A stretch of 41,689 nucleotides of DNA from Phoronis australis (lineage: Eukaryota > Animalia > Phoronida). This document shows positions 35,501 through 41,689 of this stretch, one piece after another (within the stretch, counting starts at the first letter, position 1; every line of letters begins with the position of its first letter). The stretch spans positions 259,596-301,284 of the forward strand of contig NMRA01000406.1 of NCBI GenBank assembly GCA_002633005.1. The letters are read 5' to 3'. The notes below the pieces were generated by a model. It did not search any database and had not been told where the DNA came from. It saw only the letters and a program-made list of their open reading frames with translations. The position numbers were made by a program, and so were the translations under genes.

Positions 35501-38500
35501 GACGACACCCGCCCCAGCCGACGCCTCCTTCCCAGATGTTCCCGCGAAGGAAAGCGCCGGGTTCTGGTGGCCACGAACCCCCGGCGTGTTTTTTTTCTTG
35601 GTGTTATGAGTCTTGGCCTCAGTCCGGCGATCCGGCGTACGCGCTACTTTCTCGAAGCCAAACATAATTCGGAGGTATTCGTCCTCGGCCTGCGTTTACC
35701 GTTTACACCGGCCTACTAGGTCACGTGCTCAATATTCGGCAGCGAGAGAATTCAAAGAAACTATGTCAACGTTGAGCGAAGTAGCAGCCCCGGTATTTTA
35801 TGCGTACCTGTTAGCCGCCGCGTATATAGGCGTAATCTGTGTGCTGCGGTCGCGTGCTCCATAGAGAGATCTACTACTAAGAATCCACGATGACGAGGTG
35901 AGAGTTCCTCTCTTATTCTTCCCGTTAATTATATTAGAGGTAAGTGGCCAAGATCTCATCCTTTATTTCAGTCATTAGTGCAGTGCCAAAGATAAATGTA
36001 AATCCACTTTTTGTCAATATTTTGTGAAAAGCAAACCGAGGCCCTTGCAGTCACGTTTTCCCCGTGTGTGGGTGGACGCAGACCGGTGCTAATAGCTTTC
36101 GGTGCGATGATTGACTGAAGACTGGTTCGAGTTAATCCTTTATTAATCCCAACCGCACGTTCACAAGCCTACTCAAACAAAACGTCCGACGTAATGTCTG
36201 TTTATGCTCCAGCAAATGCTGCGAAGCCTTGACTTGTGATGAACTTCAGAGACATGTTCAGCAACTGTTACACTCGTCGATTCAATAACCTGCTGTCTCT
36301 ATAGCTGGCTCTCTATTGACTATCGCTGTAACTGCTGATTCTCTTCACTGCAACTCAACTGTAATCTCCTGATTAACTTTCTTGAACTCACCGATTAACT
36401 GACTTGATCTTCTCTTGAACTGACTTGATCTCCCGACTTGATCTGATTAACACAAGCCCGTGCTAGTGTATTTATAGCCTAATGCATTGTTCTCAGGAAC
36501 TCTACGTCAATTCAAGCACATTTTTAGAACTTTCCTGAATCTACCCAATCATTCTACAAACATATACTAGTCTCTAGAATATTCCAAACTGCATTAATCA
36601 CTGTCATACTAGAGTCTTCCAGAAAGTTCCACACTATACTGCAGTAAACAAATTACATCATCACTACTGAACTCGATCTACTAGAAAGTTCCATACTATT
36701 CTGTAGTAAACAAATTACATCATCATTGTACTTAAATCAGGGGTCATGCCAATCAAGCAGGATAACCAAACAAAACAATACAACTAAAAACAGTGTCTGA
36801 CACAGGCTTAATAATTATGATTCCCTTACATTAGCTGGTACCCGTACCAAGCACGGGTTCCAGCTAGTTTTGTATTATTTTCATTATTACGTCATTTAAA
36901 ATGACCGTTTTCGCCAGCCGACTCTCCTTAGAAACGGAGTTTATGTGGCCCACGGTTTACGGTCATCACGGGACACATGCCGAACATAAATGTAAATTAC
37001 CTTTCATGAGTTTTTCGTGTGGTGACCCAGGCATATTCCATAGTATCATACACATCATTCCAAAGATAGCGCAGTCAAATTCCGATGGTTTATCTCCAAA
37101 TAAAAATGTCTTGTCTCCTGCAAAATTCCGAGGGAGAAAAATAACTTGTGAAGCACGAACCACTGTACGTAAATGCTGAAGTTTATTAGGAAGATAACGC
37201 AAACTATTACTACGAAATGAATTGTCGGAAATAGTGCTGACTCCTACGCAAACTCTGAACGTATGGATTATTTAGAATCACTCTTTACACCTGATATGGA
37301 AGAGAACACTTTTTTCAAAAAATGGCAAGAAACTTATTAAAGTGACATTATCGGAGATAAGATTGATTTTCTGCAAACAACCATACAATGAATTCAAATA
37401 AGGAACTTTCCACGCCCCACTCAAACGGTCTGCTGGCTGAGCTACAAGTAAATATCGGAGTACTTTAAACGTATTTATCTGGTAAAGTAACCGGTTACTA
37501 GCCAATATAATTTAACCAACCTTAAAAATTGTCTGTCATTAAATCAGCTGATTTCCATAGTGTCCAGTTTGCTTCCTCAATAAAAAGTTATAGATTCCAT
37601 GAAAAAGTTTAACATATTCTTTTACATTTACTCAACATAATCCGATCGGCTTTACTACATTGCCCTGAGAGGGTAAACGTAAAAACAAATGCTGTGTTCG
37701 CATAAGATGGCTGGCACACATAAAGTTGAACACTTGCACTTTTTTGTTAATTAACATTTTGTCGTTTCAGCATCTTGACAATCGAGAAAGCTTGTCAGTT
37801 TCTGACTCTCGATCAGAATTCATTGACCTCGACTCCTGTTGCTGAATGTCCGCGGTTATAAGCCTGGTTAAACTGATATGGGCACCGACCTTCACTTCAC
37901 CGACGATTGATAATACAATCACAAAAACACCGGTCTGGTTAAAGGCAATGCCTTCAAAAAGTCTATCCCTCCCAACAATAATCCCAAAATGCCTTCTTCT
38001 GTCGTAAACACAATACTCATGCTTACTCTTTTTAAAATTCACATCACGCGTAGAATATATTCATTGCACATGCAAACACAGGAAAAGTCGCGCGCACTAT
38101 TTTGGGTTCCCAAATCGCACATTTCAAGAACTTTGTGGATTCATCTAAAATTCGATTTAGGTTCAAAGGTGACAAAACCTTCCATCGAATGTTTCAAAAA
38201 TCGCGTCTCTATCTTATTTCAACCCAAAGTCGTAGCGTTTGTCCGTTTCTGTACAGAGGATAAGTTTCACCAATGTTTAAGAGGGATCAGGCGTTTTCTG
38301 ACGAGCTTGGCTCGAGAGCTGTCTCATCGTACTCGTCAATAGTGGGCACCTTGAGAGGTGACCCAAATTGAAAACTAAAGCCGCACTTTTTCGCAGACTA
38401 GTGAGGACAGGGCGTGTGTTAACAAGCTGCCAACGCGGCGAAAAATCTGGCTAAATACATAAAATAGTCAATTATGCTTCAAGAACGTGACCCCTGATCA

Positions 38501-39590
38501 TCATCAGGTTCTTACCCAGGAATGCTGATATTGCTCTCATGTCTCCAAACCCGATGCTCATAGCTTCCTCGTACGTATGGCGACCAATACCCTGCCCCCA
38601 CAATTCCTTCTTTATTGTTCTCTGTAGTACTTTCAACACTACCCATAGTTTGACACCCGTGTAAGGCATCACAGACGCCACAGCCTTCAAGTCACCCATA
38701 AAGGTGTGGTAACACATAGTCCTGAAATGTCCAATTAGCATTGATTTCATAACTGGTTGATCTATTATAAACAACAAGACGTTGTCACACTAGAATGGAT
38801 TCACAAGTCTTGGTGAACAGTATCTTTAGAATAATGCAAAAGTTCTCAACATAGCGCGGTTTCCAATGGAAACGGGGAAGCTTATTTACTCAATAGTTAC
38901 TTCAACTCGTCTAATGAGTCTACTTGTAAGTAATTGTTTTCAACTATGTTGGGAAGATGAGCCAACTCATGTGCACTTTTACATGCGGTGTCTTATTATT
39001 GTGAGTGGGCCTACTTCCATCCTTGTTTTCGCACTCGGCCATTTAATCGGACATGACTTTAAATAAAAGCCACGTTCTATGAATGCAGTGGTATGTTTAA
39101 GACCCTCTACAGCTGAAGCATATGCCCGGAAATGGGGACCAACCGCTAGTCGTCGCCAAGGCACTTTTGCCTAGATATGAGAAGGTGTTTTCGTCAGCAT
39201 GTAATCAAAACTCTAAATGGCCTCCCACGATAGCCTATCAGGCCTTCGTTCCACAGACACAAAAAACCGTGTGAAAACGCAAGACACGAGACTTCGCAGG
39301 ATATCGTCATGTATTACAAGCGAAGCCTGTGATCACACCGTGCTTCTTGTGTCAATAAGACGCAGCCGTGGCACGATCAGGAACTTTACAAACCAGTATA
39401 AATTTTCCTCTGCCATCTTTTGAAAAGCTCTTCCAATTGCCTTGTCAGTTGGTGTAAGATGGCTATTGAGATCAACGCCAAGTTTTTTATTCAAGAACTC
39501 TATGCAAAACTGCGAGTCAGCCACCGCTACGCCATTATATTCCATCCAAGGAGTTTTCCCTTTACTTGAGAATTTACCACTATGGTCATT
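32420..39590 (-). CDS. FAXC: Failed axon connections homolog (FAX/metaxin-like GST-fold protein), 5'-partial, last four coding exons
   Basis: Exons (minus) 39590-39394, 38721-38516, 37117-37001 and 32502-32420 with consistent phases (2,1,1). Motifs SSKGKTPWMEYNGVAVADSQFCIEFL, AFQKMAEENLYW, GQGIGRH, LGDKTFLFGDKPSEFDCAIFG and YIERMKEKFWPDW. I did not find the N-terminal exons in the window. Confidence 0.88.
32655..32915. repeat. Purine-rich degenerate tandem repeat, about 65-70 bp x about 4
   Basis: Recurring AGAGGCT..ACAGA.GACAACGA.GAGG.AG.TATTGAAA..GAG..TTCAA blocks. Confidence 0.6.
34899..35048. mobile_element. Short hAT-like MITE with an apparent 8-bp TSD TTTTAATT
   Basis: TTTTAATT at 34891-34898 and 35049-35056; ends GGCGGCGC...GCGCCGCCCATG; homologous to 28849-28973. 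Confidence 0.6.
36049..36802 (-). mobile_element. Solo-LTR-like element of about 750 bp
   Basis: Minus strand starts TGTCAG and ends CGTGACT (degenerate TGACA). TATAAATA at 36469-36476 is upstream of AATAAA at 36139-36144. There is an internal duplication (36621-36726) and homology to 24092-24465. Confidence 0.5.
37001..37117 (-). CDS. FAXC: FAXC-like internal exon
   Basis: TTGCAG|GA, GDKTFLFGDKPSEFDCAIFGMMCMILWNMPGSPHEKLMK, donor G|GTAATT. Confidence 0.85.
38516..38721 (-). CDS. FAXC: FAXC-like internal exon
   Basis: TTTCAG|G, TMCYHTF...LWGQGIGRHTYEE...DMRAISAFL, donor G|GTAAGA. Confidence 0.85.
39394..39590 (-). CDS. FAXC: FAXC-like internal exon
   Basis: TTCCAG|AAT, NDHSGKFSSKGKTPWMEYNG...EENLY(W), donor TG|GTTTGT. 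Confidence 0.85.
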
Positions 39591-41550
39591 CTGGAAACAT
39601 GGAAGTGTAAAATAAAGATAAATATATATTATACGACAAACGTGATGATAACTGTGTTAGTCCAAGTGCTAAAGGTCAAAATATGGCAAGCATGTGACAC
39701 TTTTGGAAGAAATCGCCATATTTTGTTAATGTGACCATTTTGAGATGCTTTCTCGATCTTGGTATAAGGGGAGTAATTTTAACCTCATTTGTCCCAAATT
39801 GGATTCATAATTAGGTCATGATTATTATCAATTATATGTATTTGATTTCGGCAAAAATTTCCCTTAGACATGTCTTGTTAAACACAACATGCTTTGAATT
39901 TGCACTTAACACCCTATCAATGTGTTCCATTTCTTGTAATGAATATTTTCTAATACAGTTGCAAATTTGGCTCCATTTCCTCTAAATATTACGTCAGATG
40001 CCTGAACAAGCTTTACAAATTCGCCACAAAAAGTTGTCCAGTAACTTCAAATGAACAAAACCCAATCAAATTATCATTCATTTTGGGTCTAGTGCTGTTG
40101 GTTTTTGAAGATTGGGTTTCTGTGCCAAATTTTGAAAAAAGTCAGATTTTTAGGTCAAATTTCTCGAAAACGTGCCAGTCAAACCTTGAGAACTTTTTAG
40201 ATTCTTACAGTATAGTACTTAATGACCTTAAAAACACCAAAATTATCTTGCCCCTCAAAAAGTTGCCACGGAAGTGATATTCTAGGCTTCCTAGAGTCGA
40301 ATGCATGTGATGCCTTGTTTTGGACTTTAATCTTGAATGACATTGAAAGCATAAAAAATAATGGGACACCATGGAGTCTCAGATACTGTCGAGTGGCGCG
40401 AGAGATTTGAATACTGCAATTTACGCTAATTAGAGCATAATTGTGTATGCAAATGAGGTTTACCAAGGTCGAAATTGCTGGATTGACAAAACATCTCAAA
40501 ATGGTTATTTGTACAAACAATGGCGATTTCTTTAACTTGCACATACATGCCGTAGAGGACAAAATGATTTGAATGTCGGTAATATATTCAACGTAGTAGA
40601 CGAGGCAAATAAATAACATAAAATGACTCTATTATTCATTTGCTGTCTGCAAGAGAGTTAACGGAAATAATTTACAAGAAACGTTCTCTAACACAATGTA
40701 TTGTGAGAAAGGGAATACAACTCATAAAAAGAATTGACAAGAAAAGGAAATGACCCTTCTTCTTAGCCAATGACAAACACGACAACGATAGTGGACGCCA
40801 CTCAAACATCGAATAATGTAGCCAGGTCGTTTGGAATAGGGCAGAAAATAAGGGACGACCCAAGAAGTTATACCACCGGTACATGGGAAATGCAAACGTT
40901 TGCTGCTGACTGAAGGTATTAAGAGACGGGGTTGAAGTTAAGTAACCGTGTAATCCATTCCAATCTCAAACAGTCCTTGAGAAAATGGGGATGAGGACGG
41001 CTGTAGATTGTAACGATGATCGTTTTTCCATTTTCCTCTTAATTCAGAAGCAAACATGCTTAGCTGAAGCTTTGGAAAATTATAAACATGTTTTCAAATT
41101 ATTTGTTTGATTTTTTAATACTCTTTAGTTTTCTACAAACAACAATTTACCAGCTTTTTTCTAATGCCATTTACAAGATTACAATACAAGCTATCCTTGT
41201 TTTACATTTTTGTGTCATCAGCTGAACATCTAGTCCGGTCCCTTAGCAGCCAAGAACCCCATAACATTTACACCCCGGATTAAAGCACCACATTTGGCAC
41301 ACAGATGCTTTATTGGCACACGCTGCATCTCATGGGGGTCGGTTGCCCGAAATTTGAGGCCAAGGTCAATGTAAAATCAAGGTCAAAGTTCATAAGGTCA
41401 TTTTTAATGGCTTGACACGAAATATCTGCTTCATTACCGTTTCATATGATTAACAGGAAGATTTTTCAATTCAAATAATGTTGATAACTTATATACACTG
41501 AGAAAAACTGTCAAACTGGCATAATTTTGCATTAAGTCAACTCTAGCAGC

Positions 41551-41600
41551 CAGTGGCGGATCTACGGGGGGTTCAGGGGGTTTAAACCCCCCTCGGGCCA
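41551..41600 (+). mobile_element. hAT-like MITE terminus CAGTGGCGGATCTAC
   Basis: Typical CAGTGGCGGATC end followed by the GGGGGTTTAAACCCCC palindrome; a reversed related end (GTAGATCTTCCACTG) lies at 18-32. Confidence 0.4.
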
Positions 41601-41689
41601 GGACCCAAAAATTAAAAAAAAAACAAAAGCGTATCCAGCAAAACAAAAACGTCACCGCCAGCGTGTGTAAACCCCAAGTAAACCAACTT

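Noticed and set aside
38299-38325. Hammerhead-like CTGACGA-GC..GCTC-GAGA (also CTGATGA at 27421)
   Set aside because: The conserved GAAA and a credible stem I/III are missing.
37336-38460. Possible second Kolobok-like relic (TTAAAGTGACATT start, PYQF-like peptide on the minus strand)
   Set aside because: No matching second TIR or TSD found and the peptide similarity is too short.
39669-40330. Degenerate TIR pair AGGTCAAAATATGGC / GCCTTGTTTTGGACT with TTAA-like flanks
   Set aside because: Only 11 of 15 bases match and the left TSD is imperfect; not enough to call.

Overview
AT-rich, intron- and repeat-rich animal genomic DNA, probably a marine invertebrate; the taxon is inferred from gene content only. 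Four protein-coding genes can be spliced by hand with consistent GT-AG phases. (1) A complete 8-coding-exon C2orf42 homolog (minus, 3926-11676, 603 aa). (2) A divergently oriented GLUT8/Tret1-like MFS sugar porter with an intronless CDS (plus, 13886-15316). (3) A secreted 3-exon AA15-type lytic polysaccharide monooxygenase with a C-terminal 6-Cys module (plus, 20851-28788, 269 aa). (4) The last four coding exons of a failed-axon-connections (FAXC, GST-fold) gene (minus, 32420-39590). The non-coding DNA holds many mobile elements. These include an inverted Penelope-like remnant with minimal hammerhead ribozyme motifs, a 152-bp LTR carrying a tRNA-like Pol III promoter next to a PPT, and a TTAA-flanked Kolobok-like element with a THAP remnant. 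There is also a second decayed Penelope, several MITEs, solo-LTR-like repeats, minisatellites and a repeat array rich in CTCF-consensus motifs. All calls are by eye; no database search was run.
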